A stretch of 64,000 nucleotides of DNA, taken from positions 32,001-96,000 of IMG/VR virus record IMGVR_UViG_3300021399_000106; one strand, given 5' to 3'. The stretch comes from a virus. Taxonomy: Duplodnaviria > Caudoviricetes. The position numbers were made by a program, and so were the translations under genes. This document shows positions 9,640 to 18,577 of this stretch, one piece after another. The notes under the pieces were generated by a model. It worked only from the letters and a program-made list of their open reading frames with translations, was not told the origin of the DNA and did not search any database. How positions within the stretch are numbered: the stretch's first letter is position 1; every line of letters starts with the position of its first letter.

Positions 9640-9768
9640 GCTCACGTTATAGTCACATCAATTTATGGATGGTTGCAAACTGAAATAAGGAGATGAGGAT
9701 GAATCTTGGAGATGGCCACCGAGATGAACGCAATACGGTATTAGGTGCAATTCCTTTTGTGGGTACCA
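9640..9768 (+). ncRNA. Atypical 129-nt tRNA-like gene
   Basis: GCTCACG/TGTGGGT acceptor + ACCA, T-arm-like AGGTGCAATTCCT; interior does not fit a cloverleaf. Confidence 0.45.
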
Positions 9769-9773
9769 TATAT

Positions 9774-9850
9774 CCAATAGTAGCTCAGTTGGTTAGAGCA
9801 CTCGGCTGATAACCGAGAGGTCGATTGTTCAAATCAATCCTATTGGACCA
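9774..9850 (+). tRNA. tRNA-Ile (GAT)
   Basis: Cloverleaf, CCA. Confidence 0.92.
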
Positions 9851-9856
9851 TAATAT

Positions 9857-9943
9857 GCTCCGGTGGTGGAACTGGTATACACGTTGGACTTAAAATCCAA
9901 TGCCTTTACAGGATTGAGGGTTCAAATCCCTCTCGGAGCACCA
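9857..9943 (+). tRNA. tRNA-Leu (TAA)
   Basis: Cloverleaf, long variable arm. Confidence 0.94.
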
Positions 9944-9952
9944 AATATAAAT

Positions 9953-10029
9953 GCTCGAGTTAGTTCAGTTGGTAGAACATCTGATTGTGGCTCAGAGGGT
10001 CAAGGGTTCGAGTCCCTTACTTGAGCCCA
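9953..10029 (+). tRNA. tRNA-His (GTG)
   Basis: Cloverleaf with G-1:C73. Confidence 0.93.
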
Positions 10030-10121
10030 TATAAAATATTAGAAAAAGGAGAACGACGTATATGAAACGAAAATGTAGATGTCGAAAGTGTTGTAGGAAA
10101 CAATTTAATAGATTTTTATAT

Positions 10122-10197
10122 GCGCCGTTAGCTTAACTGGTAGAGCTCTGGTCTCTTAAACCTGAGGTTATAGGTTCAAATCCTATACGGCGCACCA
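10122..10197 (+). tRNA. tRNA-Lys (CTT)
   Basis: Cloverleaf, loop CTCTTAA. Confidence 0.88.
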
Positions 10198-10203
10198 ATA
10201 GAT

Positions 10204-10279
10204 GTGCCTGTAGCTCAGATGGTAGAGCACTTGACTTTTAATCAAGGGGTCACGAGTTCGAACCTCGTCGGGCACACCA
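10204..10279 (+). tRNA. tRNA-Lys (TTT)
   Basis: Cloverleaf, loop CTTTTAA. Confidence 0.95.
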
Positions 10280-10284
10280 TGAAT

Positions 10285-10361
10285 GTGCCGTTAGCTCATT
10301 CGGATAGAGCAACCGCCTTCTAAGCGGTAGGTGATAGGTTCGAGTCCTATACGGCACGCCA
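10285..10361 (+). tRNA. tRNA-Arg (TCT)
   Basis: Cloverleaf, CCA. Confidence 0.94.
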
Positions 10362-10370
10362 TTATTTAAT

Positions 10371-10444
10371 GCGTCCGTAGCCAAGTGGTAAGGCAGGAGG
10401 CCGCAACCCTCTGATCACTGGTTCAAATCCAGTCGGATGCTCCA
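10371..10444 (+). tRNA. tRNA-Cys (GCA)
   Basis: Cloverleaf, U73; loop CCGCAAC (C33). Confidence 0.88.
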
Positions 10445-10448
10445 TTAT

Positions 10449-10525
10449 CTCCTAATAACCCAATCGGAAGAGGTAGTAAGCTCAAACCTTACAAAGTATT
10501 GGTTCAAATCCAATTTAGGAGACCA
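10449..10525 (+). tRNA. tRNA (CAA), Leu anticodon without long variable arm
   Basis: CTCCTAA/TTAGGAG acceptor, loop CTCAAAC, CCA. Confidence 0.75.
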
Positions 10526-10554
10526 TATATTGTATAATATTTAGATATAAAGTT

Positions 10555-10629
10555 GCCGCTTTAGTATAAAATCTATTACGATTGAATGGTAATCAATTGA
10601 AGGCGGAGAGTTACCGTCAAGCGGCACCA
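10555..10629 (+). tRNA. tRNA-Thr (GGT), atypical T loop
   Basis: Loop ATGGTAA; T loop AGAGTTA. Confidence 0.75.
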
Positions 10630-10635
10630 TTAAAT

Positions 10636-10711
10636 GCCACTCTAGCTCAGTAGGTAGAGCGTTGGCCTGAAGAGCCAAGCGTGGTAGGTTCGATTCCTAC
10701 GGGTGGCGCCA
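10636..10711 (+). tRNA. tRNA-Phe (GAA)
   Basis: Cloverleaf, CCA. Confidence 0.92.
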
Positions 10712-10714
10712 AAT

Positions 10715-10789
10715 GCGTGAGTAGTATAATGGTTAGTATATGTCCTTGCCAAGGATAAGGTGCGGGTTCAATTCCCGTCTCGCGCTCCA
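10715..10789 (+). tRNA. tRNA-Gly (GCC)
   Basis: Cloverleaf, CCA. Confidence 0.92.
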
Positions 10790-10816
10790 GAGTAGATTTG
10801 AAAGGAAGTAATTATT

Positions 10817-11233
10817 ATGAGTTTATATACTAGAGTATATGAAGATTTTATTAAAGCAAGAAAAGATAAAAATGAAGTAAATAAAAATATTTTAGGTTTA
10901 TTATATAATGCTTTAAAAAACAAAGCAATTGAATTAAGAGTTGATGAATTAACTGATGCTGATTCTAGTTCTGTAATTAAGAAAGTTTCTAAACAATTAG
11001 ATGAAGAAATTGAATGCAATGTAAAGGTTAATAGAACTGAAAAAGCAAATGAATTAACTTATCAAAAGAATTTAATTCAAGACTACTTACCAAAACAATT
11101 AAGTGAAGATGAAATTAAGACTATATTAAATACTCTAGAAGATAAAGCTATTCCTTCAGTAATGAAGTATTTTAAGACTAATTATAATGGTCTAGTAGAT
11201 ATGAGCTTAGTTAGTAAGCTCGCTAGACAATAA
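10817..11233 (+). CDS. GatB/YqeY domain protein
   Basis: YLPKQLSEDEI motif, size, tRNA-array context. Confidence 0.88.
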   Translation: MSLYTRVYEDFIKARKDKNEVNKNILGLLYNALKNKAIELRVDELTDADSSSVIKKVSKQLDEEIECNVKVNRTEKANELTYQKNLIQDYLPKQLSEDEIKTILNTLEDKAIPSVMKYFKTNYNGLVDMSLVSKLARQ

Positions 11234-11235
11234 TT

Positions 11236-11310
11236 GCCAGTTTAGCTCAGAGGAAGAGCAAACCGCTCATATCGGTTAGGTCGAGATATCGTAATTCTCA
11301 GCTGGTACCA
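11236..11310 (+). tRNA. tRNA-Met (CAT), atypical T loop
   Basis: Loop CTCATAT, CCA. Confidence 0.8.
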
Positions 11311-11315
11311 TATAT

Positions 11316-11400
11316 GCCGGTGTGGTGGAATTGGTAGACACCCTAGTCTTAGAAACTAGTGCTGAAAGGCGTGAGGGTTCAAGTCCCTCCACCGGTACCA
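11316..11400 (+). tRNA. tRNA-Leu (TAG)
   Basis: Cloverleaf, long variable arm. Confidence 0.94.
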
Positions 11401-11555
11401 TTTGATTATTCATTTATTAATAGTAAGCGCGGTAGTATTATTAATAAATTTATAATAGTTGCCATTTAGAAAAATGGAGCGTATGACACTGATTGCAAGG
11501 TGTGTAACGACTGATGAAATGTGGAGCCGACAGTATAAAAAAACTCCAACCATAT

Positions 11556-11630
11556 AGGACCGTAGCCAAGTGGTAAGGCAAGGGACTTTGACTCCCTCAT
11601 TCGAAGGTTCGAACCCTTCCGGTCCTGCCA
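11556..11630 (+). tRNA. tRNA-Gln (TTG)
   Basis: Cloverleaf, CCA. Confidence 0.94.
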
Positions 11631-11634
11631 AAAT

Positions 11635-11725
11635 GGTTGCTTACTCAAGAGGTCGAAGAGGGTGCACTGCTAACGCATTAGGAGTTTAATCGCTCGCGGG
11701 GGTTCAAATCCCTCAGCAACCGCCA
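11635..11725 (+). tRNA. tRNA-Ser (GCT)
   Basis: Cloverleaf, long variable arm. Confidence 0.92.
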
Positions 11726-11744
11726 TTTGAAAGGAATAATGTTT

Positions 11745-12284
11745 ATGAAAGATTTAGTAAAGGCTAGTAAGTATATTGCACTACTATTAAGGCATAAACC
11801 GGAAGAAGGAGATTTAAATCTCGACAAAGAAGGTTATTGTCCAACTGTTGATTTAATAAGAGCCTTAAAAAGAAAATTTAATTGGTTTACATTAAATGAT
11901 TTGTATGATATTGTAAATTCAGACGAAAAAGGTAGATATTCATTTAATGATAATAAAACCAAAATTAGGGCAAATCAAGGTCATTCAACAAATCAAGTAA
12001 ATATAACATTTAAAGAAGTAACACCTCCTGATATTTTATATCATGGAACAGCAACTAGATTTTTAAATGATATTTATAGAGAAGGTTTAAAACCGATGTC
12101 TAGACAATATGTTCATTTAAGTAAAGATATTGAAACTGCAACGAAAGTTGGTAGTAGACACGGAAATCTATATATTTTAGAAATTGATTGTAAGAAAATG
12201 GTTGAAGATGGATATAAATTTTATATTTCAGAAAACAATGTTTACTTAACAAAATTAGTTCCTAGAAAATATTTTAAAAATTAA
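11745..12284 (+). CDS. kptA: RNA 2'-phosphotransferase (Tpt1/KptA)
   Basis: LLRHKP, IRANQGHS, LYHGT, RQYVHLS and NNVYLT motifs. Confidence 0.95.
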   Translation: MKDLVKASKYIALLLRHKPEEGDLNLDKEGYCPTVDLIRALKRKFNWFTLNDLYDIVNSDEKGRYSFNDNKTKIRANQGHSTNQVNITFKEVTPPDILYHGTATRFLNDIYREGLKPMSRQYVHLSKDIETATKVGSRHGNLYILEIDCKKMVEDGYKFYISENNVYLTKLVPRKYFKN

Positions 12285-12313
12285 TTAAAAAATATAATAT
12301 TTTGGTAAAAGAT

Positions 12314-12325
12314 ATTGTATATATA
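12314..12325 (+). promoter_or_regulatory. Example of the recurrent ATTGTATAW promoter motif
   Basis: Same motif precedes about 20 transcription units in the window. Confidence 0.6.
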
Positions 12326-12347
12326 ATATGTAAAATAAAAATTTAAG

Positions 12348-12408
12348 AGACACAGACAGCAAACAATTAATGCAATCAACTTTTAATTGATCAGGCAAAA
12401 ACGTGTCT
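12348..12408 (+). ncRNA. Handle RNA 3 carrying only a Lys(TTT) anticodon arm, in the leader of the DUF2828 gene
   Basis: AGACAC-AGACAGCAA...GTGTCT enclosing ATCAA-CTTTTAA-TTGAT. Confidence 0.75.
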
Positions 12409-12425
12409 AGAAAGGAAGATTAATT

Positions 12426-14057
12426 ATGGATTTTTATGGAACAATGCAAAAGGTACAAAATAATGTATCAGTAACTGAAAATGGTATGGAAGGATACAAG
12501 ACAACTTTCCACCCATTACTAGATATGAATTTCAAGGTAACTTCATATCGTAAGCTTACAGATAGAGATATCTGTAATGATATTGACCAAATAATTTCTC
12601 AAGCAGAGGATGCTCAATATCTATTAAAATTCTTATTTATGGTAAGAGATGTTAGAGATGGTTTAGGAGAAAGAAGATTATTTAGAGTTGCATTAAAGCA
12701 TCTATTAAATACTGCTAATTTCGATAATAAGACTGAAATAATTTCAGACTTAATTAAAACTCAAATTTCTAATTTTGGTAGATTTGATGACTTATTTATT
12801 TTCGTAGGTACCCCTTATGAAAATATCTTAATTAAAACAATTAAGAATCAATTAAAGTCAGACTATGAGAATATGTTAGCTAATAAGAGCATTTCATTAT
12901 TAGCTAAGTGGATGCCATCTGAAAATGCTTCTTCAAAGGAAACTAAGAAGTTAGCAACAGCAATTAGAAAGGCATTAAATGCAGATTCTAAGACTTATAG
13001 AAAAACTTTATCAGCATTAAGAGCATATTTAAAGGTAACTGAAACTTATACTTCAGCTAATGAATGGGATAAGATTGATTATAATCAAGTTCCTTCTAAG
13101 GCAAACTTAAAGTATAAGGATGCATTCTTAAAGCATGATGAGGAAAGACGTAGAGATTACTTAGCTGCATTAAGAGTTGGTGTTGATAAGGAAGGTAATA
13201 AGGTTAAGATTAATTCTTCAGTTAACTTCCCACATGAAATTGTTGCTAAGTATACTAAGAAAAGCTACTGGAGCTTACAATTATCTGAATATGATGAAGC
13301 ATTAGAACAATTATGGAAGAATTTAAAGCAAAAAGATGGTTTAAATAACACAATCGTTGTTAGAGATGGTTCTGGTTCAATGACTTCAACAATTGGTAAT
13401 GGCGATACAACTGCATTAGATGTTTCAACAGCATTAGCAATTTATTGTTCAGAACATTTAAATTCAGGATTTAAGGATAAATTCTTAACATTCTCAAGTA
13501 GAGCTAAGTTAATTGATTTAAGTGCTGAAACTAATTTACATAACAAATTAAATAAGGTATTTAAAGAGGATGATTGCTCAAATACAAACATTGAAGATGT
13601 ATTCGATGTAATTTTAAATACAGCTGTTAATGGTAATGTTGCACCTGAGGATATGCCAGCACAAGTATTAATTATTTCAGATATGGAATTTGATGGTGCT
13701 TATGGTGGAAATAGATTCAATGGTACAAGCAACGTATTCAAGAAAGCAGCTACTAAGTATGCCAATGCAGGTTACAAGTTACCTAAATTAGTATTCTGGA
13801 ATGTATGCTCTAGAACAAATACTATCCCAGTAACACAAAATGAAAATGGTGTAGTATTAGTATCAGGATTCTCAGTTAATACCTTAAATATGGTATTAAA
13901 TGGAAAGACTTCACCTTGGTTATCATTAGTAGATGAATTAACTACAGAAAAGTATAATTCAATTCCATTATTAGCTAATGTAGTGAAGGCTAATGTAAAG
14001 GTAAATACTACTAAGAGAACCTCTAAGTCAAATAAGACACCTGATTTCTTAAAGTAA
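12426..14057 (+). CDS. DUF2828-family helical + vWA protein (Ro60/TROVE-like architecture)
   Basis: TENG, RDVRDGLGER, AKWMPSE, MIDAS DGSGSM, ISDMEFD, VFWN and VSGFS motifs. Confidence 0.85.
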   Translation: MDFYGTMQKVQNNVSVTENGMEGYKTTFHPLLDMNFKVTSYRKLTDRDICNDIDQIISQAEDAQYLLKFLFMVRDVRDGLGERRLFRVALKHLLNTANFDNKTEIISDLIKTQISNFGRFDDLFIFVGTPYENILIKTIKNQLKSDYENMLANKSISLLAKWMPSENASSKETKKLATAIRKALNADSKTYRKTLSALRAYLKVTETYTSANEWDKIDYNQVPSKANLKYKDAFLKHDEERRRDYLAALRVGVDKEGNKVKINSSVNFPHEIVAKYTKKSYWSLQLSEYDEALEQLWKNLKQKDGLNNTIVVRDGSGSMTSTIGNGDTTALDVSTALAIYCSEHLNSGFKDKFLTFSSRAKLIDLSAETNLHNKLNKVFKEDDCSNTNIEDVFDVILNTAVNGNVAPEDMPAQVLIISDMEFDGAYGGNRFNGTSNVFKKAATKYANAGYKLPKLVFWNVCSRTNTIPVTQNENGVVLVSGFSVNTLNMVLNGKTSPWLSLVDELTTEKYNSIPLLANVVKANVKVNTTKRTSKSNKTPDFLK

Positions 14058-14069
14058 AAAAATAAATAA

Positions 14070-14229
14070 AAGACACATACAGCGATATTTATATCATGCT
14101 TGAGGAGCCGCCGATGGAGGTATGAAATCCTCCCTTCCCGACCAAGAGCTATTAAGTTTAATTATTTAATAGTTGTTGCTCGGGAAGTAGCTTAATATTC
14201 ATAGAGCAGCGATTGATAAAACGTGTCTT
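14070..14229 (+). ncRNA. Handle RNA 4: circularly permuted tRNA-Pro-like
   Basis: AAGACAC-ATACAGCGA...GTGTCTT; T arm + CTTCCCG-ACCA precedes CGGGAAG + D arm. Confidence 0.8.
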
Positions 14230-14255
14230 GTTGACTTAAAAATAAATAACGGTAA

Positions 14256-14395
14256 AAGACATTTACTGCAATTCTAACGATTATCACATGTCAAGTGAGT
14301 GACGGTGGTTCGATTCCATCCTCCCCTGCCATTTATTATAATATATAGGGGAGTAGTTCAGTGGTAGAATGCTAAAAAATCAACCAAAATGTCTT
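14256..14395 (+). ncRNA. Handle RNA 5: circularly permuted tRNA-Asp(GTC)
   Basis: AAGACATTT-ACTGCAA...AAATGTCTT; anticodon arm, T arm, CTCCCCT-GCCA, linker, AGGGGAG + D arm. Confidence 0.85.
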
Positions 14396-14440
14396 GATTA
14401 CCTTTAAAATATAAATTTAATATAACATATATAAATAGAT

Positions 14441-14572
14441 TAGACACATACAGCAACTTTTAATCTTTTAGATTACTATAGGTTCAAATCCTATCTCAGC
14501 AACATTGCTAAGTGGCGAAAATGGTATACGCAAACTACTTAAAATAGTTATAATGAAAAAGAAACGTGTCTA
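14441..14572 (+). ncRNA. Handle RNA 6: circularly permuted tRNA-Leu(TAA)
   Basis: TAGACAC-ATACAGCAA...GTGTCTA; variable arm, T arm, loop-closed acceptor, D arm, anticodon arm. Confidence 0.83.
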
Positions 14573-14585
14573 GAAATTAAAATAG

Positions 14586-14617
14586 ATTGGTATTTTACTA
14601 GTAATACCAATTTTTTT
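14586..14617 (+). terminator. Intrinsic terminator after handle RNAs 4-6
   Basis: ATTGGTATT/AATACCAAT hairpin + T tract. Confidence 0.7.
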
Positions 14618-14647
14618 ATTGTATAATTTAATAGAAGAGGTGATATT

Positions 14648-14875
14648 ATGTTATTTTTAGAAACAAGTTCAGAATCTATGACATTATTTACAGCTTTAGT
14701 AATTGTGTTAGTAATAGCATTAGGAATAGTTGTATTATTAATTACATTAAAAACTAATCGATTATTTCCTTTTCATAAAATGCATAAAGAAGATGAAGAT
14801 AATTGTTATGATATGAATCTAAGAAAATCAAGTTCAGTAAAAAAGGATGAAAGAGGAAATAAATGGAAACATTAG
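14648..14875 (+). CDS. Small membrane protein
   Basis: GAGGTG RBS, one transmembrane segment. Confidence 0.6.
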   Translation: MLFLETSSESMTLFTALVIVLVIALGIVVLLITLKTNRLFPFHKMHKEDEDNCYDMNLRKSSSVKKDERGNKWKH

Positions 14876-16197
14876 CTAAGTTTAAAGAATTTGTTGATGA
14901 AATTCAACAAAATAATTCAAGAAATTATAAATTAGAAGTTTTAAAGAAATGATCCGATAATCCAATAATTCGTGTATATTTAGATTTTATTTATAATCCT
15001 TATAAGATTACTGGTATTTCAGAAAAGAAGTTATATAAGGAAATTTGAATGGAATCTGAAGAGATTACAAGTATGTATCAGCTTATGGATTATTTATTAA
15101 CTCATAATACCGGTAGAGATGAAGATATTTGTAAGGTTCAGCAATTCAAAGATTTATTAGATGTTGATTATTATGAATTATTTGATGCTATAATTACAAA
15201 ATCATTAACATTAGGTGTTGATGTATTAAGTATTAATAAATGTATGGGAAACTTCATTCCGCAATTTTCAGTCCAACTTGCCAATAAATATTTTGATAAA
15301 CCTGAAATTGTAGAAGGTAAATCATTTGCATTAACTAGAAAAATTGATGGATCCAGAATTATTGCTATTAAAGAAAATGGTGAAGTTACCTTCTATACTA
15401 GACAGGGACAATTATATGAGGGATTGGTTGATTTAGAAAAAGAAATGTTAGAAACTATGCCTGATAATATTTGTTTAGATGGTGAATTAACTATATTAGA
15501 TGCTAATGGTTTAAGTAGTAAAGACCAATATAAAGCGTGTATGAAAATTTCTAGAAAAGATGGAATTAAACATGGTTTAAAAATGTTAGTATTTGATTGT
15601 ATGAATGCGTCAGAATTTAAAAATCAATTCTGTAATAGACCATATAAGAGTAGAAGACAAATGCTAGTTCAAATTTTTAGAAATAATTTTGTTATGGATG
15701 GGGTTAACTATGATTCTGATTTAGCAAATCTAAACCATACTTATTTTGAAATGTTACCTATTTTATATGAAGGTGAAGATACACAACAAATAATGCCTAT
15801 TCTAAATAAAATGGTTGATAATGGCGAAGAAGGTATTATGATTAATATTTTAGACGCACCTTATGAGTTCCGTAGGACTCCGAATTTGTTGAAAGTCAAA
15901 AAAATGCAAGATTTAGATTTAGAGGTAATTGGTTATGAAGAAGGCTCTGGAAACTTTGCAGGAATGTTAGGTGCTTTATTAGTTAGATATAAACAAGGAA
16001 ATACTGTTAAAGTAGGTTCAGGATTGAATAAAGAATTAAGACAAGAAATTTGGAAAGATCCTGATTCATATATCGGTAAAATTATTTCAGTTCAATATTT
16101 TGAAGAAACAACAAATCAAAATGGTGGATTGAGTTTGAGATTTCCAGTCTTTTTAGAGTTTAGAAATCCAGCAGATAAAAACGTAGCAGATTTTTAG
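14863..16197 (+). CDS. ATP-dependent DNA ligase (2 in-frame TGA)
   Basis: KIDGSR, LDGEL, EEGIM, LLKVKK and SLRFPVF motifs; N-terminus restored by TGA=Trp. Confidence 0.93.
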
Positions 16198-16207
16198 GAG
16201 GTAAATT

Positions 16208-16468
16208 ATGTATATAGAGCCAAAAGTAAATGAATTAAAAATTGGAGATAGCGTATATATTAGACAAACTGCACCAATGGACGATGAAGAAGAATATCGT
16301 TTTTATGAATCTATAATTTATAAAATTGAAGGAGATAAAATTTATAGTAAATATACTACAAATAATCTAAAATTTAATTTTAAAAAGGAAGATGTATATT
16401 ACATAGAAGGTAAAGATAAATACTATGTAAATAGATTTGAAACTCGTTGGAATGGAATATACGGATAG
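16208..16468 (+). CDS. Hypothetical protein
   Basis: AGGAGG RBS. Confidence 0.65.
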   Translation: MYIEPKVNELKIGDSVYIRQTAPMDDEEEYRFYESIIYKIEGDKIYSKYTTNNLKFNFKKEDVYYIEGKDKYYVNRFETRWNGIYG

Positions 16469-16479
16469 GGGATAGAATT

Positions 16480-16911
16480 ATGGCATATAGAACTTATATA
16501 AATGGTCATGAATGGTTAGGCAATAACGTATTATATGATGAAATATATGATGAATTAAAAAGACAAGGTTGTCCATTTGATGAAGATTGTTGTGTAGGCT
16601 GAGAAACACCATTTGAGGTTAAGGATTTAGATAGTTTAGTTAAGGCAACAGAAAAAGCTATAATTAACTTATATAACAAAAGAATACAGATAAAAGAGAA
16701 TATTGCAGATTTTTCTGAGTATATTACTCATCCTATTGGTGATCTCACTTGGCAATTACAAGAAGCTAGAGACTATGGTTACATATTTATAAGTGCAATG
16801 TTATTAGAATATGTAGGAGAATGTCATAAACAGTGGGATTTCGAATTTACTAAATCAGGTATGAAATATGTACTAATTAATGATGGTAAATGTTTATTTT
16901 CTGCTTATTAA
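16480..16911 (+). CDS. Hypothetical protein (1 in-frame TGA)
   Basis: 143 aa in code 4; fills the gap in the ORF track. Confidence 0.7.
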
Positions 16912-16922
16912 GGAGGAGTAAT

Positions 16923-17429
16923 ATGAACTATAATTTTGATAAAGATATATTATATCAAGTTATGACCGAAGGAATATGGTATTATAATAAATTAGGAGAA
17001 GTAGGTCATAATACAAACGTAAAAGTAGATACACATTATATTAATTTTAAAGTTTTTGGAAGAAATATGGGTTTTAATTGGAAAGATTTAAATATAAAAT
17101 TCTTTTTAACCAAAAATGAAGCTGAAAAAGCAGCTAAAGAATATTTAGATTATCTACTAAAATATGTTGATATTAGTACTCTTAAAAAGATAGTTAATTT
17201 AAAAGAAAATGATGAAATAGTTGAATTAAGTTCTTCAAAACATTTATTTCATAGAACAGTTGAACAGTATTCTTACTGGGATAAAAAGAGAAAAACATTT
17301 ATTATTGTAAGTGAATATGATGACGATTATGGTGGAGGATATGATGAATTTGAATATCCTATTCATGAATATGGTCATTCTTGGTTTTTAACTGAAAAAG
17401 ATGCAAAGGAACATATTTATAATTCGTAA
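16923..17429 (+). CDS. Hypothetical protein
   Basis: AGGAGG RBS. Confidence 0.7.
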   Translation: MNYNFDKDILYQVMTEGIWYYNKLGEVGHNTNVKVDTHYINFKVFGRNMGFNWKDLNIKFFLTKNEAEKAAKEYLDYLLKYVDISTLKKIVNLKENDEIVELSSSKHLFHRTVEQYSYWDKKRKTFIIVSEYDDDYGGGYDEFEYPIHEYGHSWFLTEKDAKEHIYNS

Positions 17430-17461
17430 TAATTGTATATTTATAAAAGGAGAATTAGATT

Positions 17462-17881
17462 ATGAGTGATTTAAATTCGTTAGTTTTTAGTAAAAAAGAG
17501 CAAGAATTAGGATTGCATTTAGATTTTATAAATACATTATTAAAATTAAATAAAGAAAGTACAGATCATTATATAGAATTTTTAGTTAGACAAGAAGAGG
17601 ACTTTGTAATTATAGAATGATGTCAAATTAATTATCATTGTGAGGATTGTTATAGTCATTTTAAATTAGTTGAACCTGACCAAGTAGTTATGCTAGAATA
17701 TAGATTTCCTGATAACCACACTGAATATGTTTTTAGTGAAGAAGAAGGAAAAGAATTATTGGACGAATGATTAAAGGAAAATCCTGGTTGGGAAAAAGGT
17801 CCTTATGGTACTTGATATAATAAAATTGAGAATGATAGATTAAGAAAAGAATTTGGTTTAGATAAAGAAGGTAACGAATAA
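17462..17881 (+). CDS. Hypothetical protein (3 in-frame TGA)
   Basis: AAGGAG RBS; 139 aa in code 4; stop overlaps next start. Confidence 0.7.
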
Positions 17882-18417
17882 TGGGAAGAGAAATTATCGT
17901 TCAAATAAGAGATAGAAGTAGAAACTTTCAAGTTATGGATGAAGATTATGTTTGTGGTAGAGATGATGCTACAAATTATATTGCTCAATTAATTTATAAT
18001 AGAAGAGAAACTTTACCTGAAGTAGATGAGGATAATTTAGAAGGAAGAGAGTTAAGTGACAGATATTCCTTAATATTTGATATAAGTAATAAAGAGCAAT
18101 TTCATGAATTATCCGATATTTGTAACAGATTAAAAGAATATGCTGATGAAGATTATGCTGAAATAAATAAAGCAAAAGAAACATTAGCAGATTTAAAAAT
18201 TGCAAGAAGAAATTGTAGTATATATGAAGAATTTGAAAAATTTTCAGAAGCAATTGAGACAACTCAGGAATGGTTAGATAATGAAGACTATTCTAGAGCA
18301 GGTTCGTTATTAGATATGATTAATGACTGTAAAAGAATGATAGAAAATCAAAATACACCGGAAAGTAGTTTACCTTCTAATGGAAAATATGAAATTGTTA
18401 TTATTTTAAGCGAATAA
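17881..18417 (+). CDS. Hypothetical protein
   Basis: 178-aa ORF. Confidence 0.7.
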   Translation: MGREIIVQIRDRSRNFQVMDEDYVCGRDDATNYIAQLIYNRRETLPEVDEDNLEGRELSDRYSLIFDISNKEQFHELSDICNRLKEYADEDYAEINKAKETLADLKIARRNCSIYEEFEKFSEAIETTQEWLDNEDYSRAGSLLDMINDCKRMIENQNTPESSLPSNGKYEIVIILSE

Positions 18418-18487
18418 TTTTAACTAAATTAATTGTATAATATATATGAGGATAAAAAATATCCTTATTCCTATTATAAATAATGGT

Positions 18488-18577
18488 TAGTTACACACAG
18501 CAATTTAATAATACAAATACATGAACAACATTTATATCATTGTTTGGATACGAAAGTAATTAGTAGGTTCGTAACTA
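18488..18577 (+). ncRNA. Handle RNA 7 (no clear tRNA cargo)
   Basis: TAGTTAC-ACACAGCAA...GTAACTA. Confidence 0.65.

Noticed and set aside
10062-10136. Tiny Cys/Arg-rich ORF MKRKCRCRKCC after an AAGGAG
   Set aside because: Only 24 codons and runs into tRNA-Lys(CTT); cannot be supported
11511-11540. Hammerhead ribozyme (CTGATGA)
   Set aside because: No stem II followed by GAAA in the right position
14070-14572. CRISPR array or MITE interpretation of the handle repeats
   Set aside because: Repeats are paired, covarying stems with tRNA-derived interiors; spacing is irregular; no cas genes, transposase or target-site duplications seen
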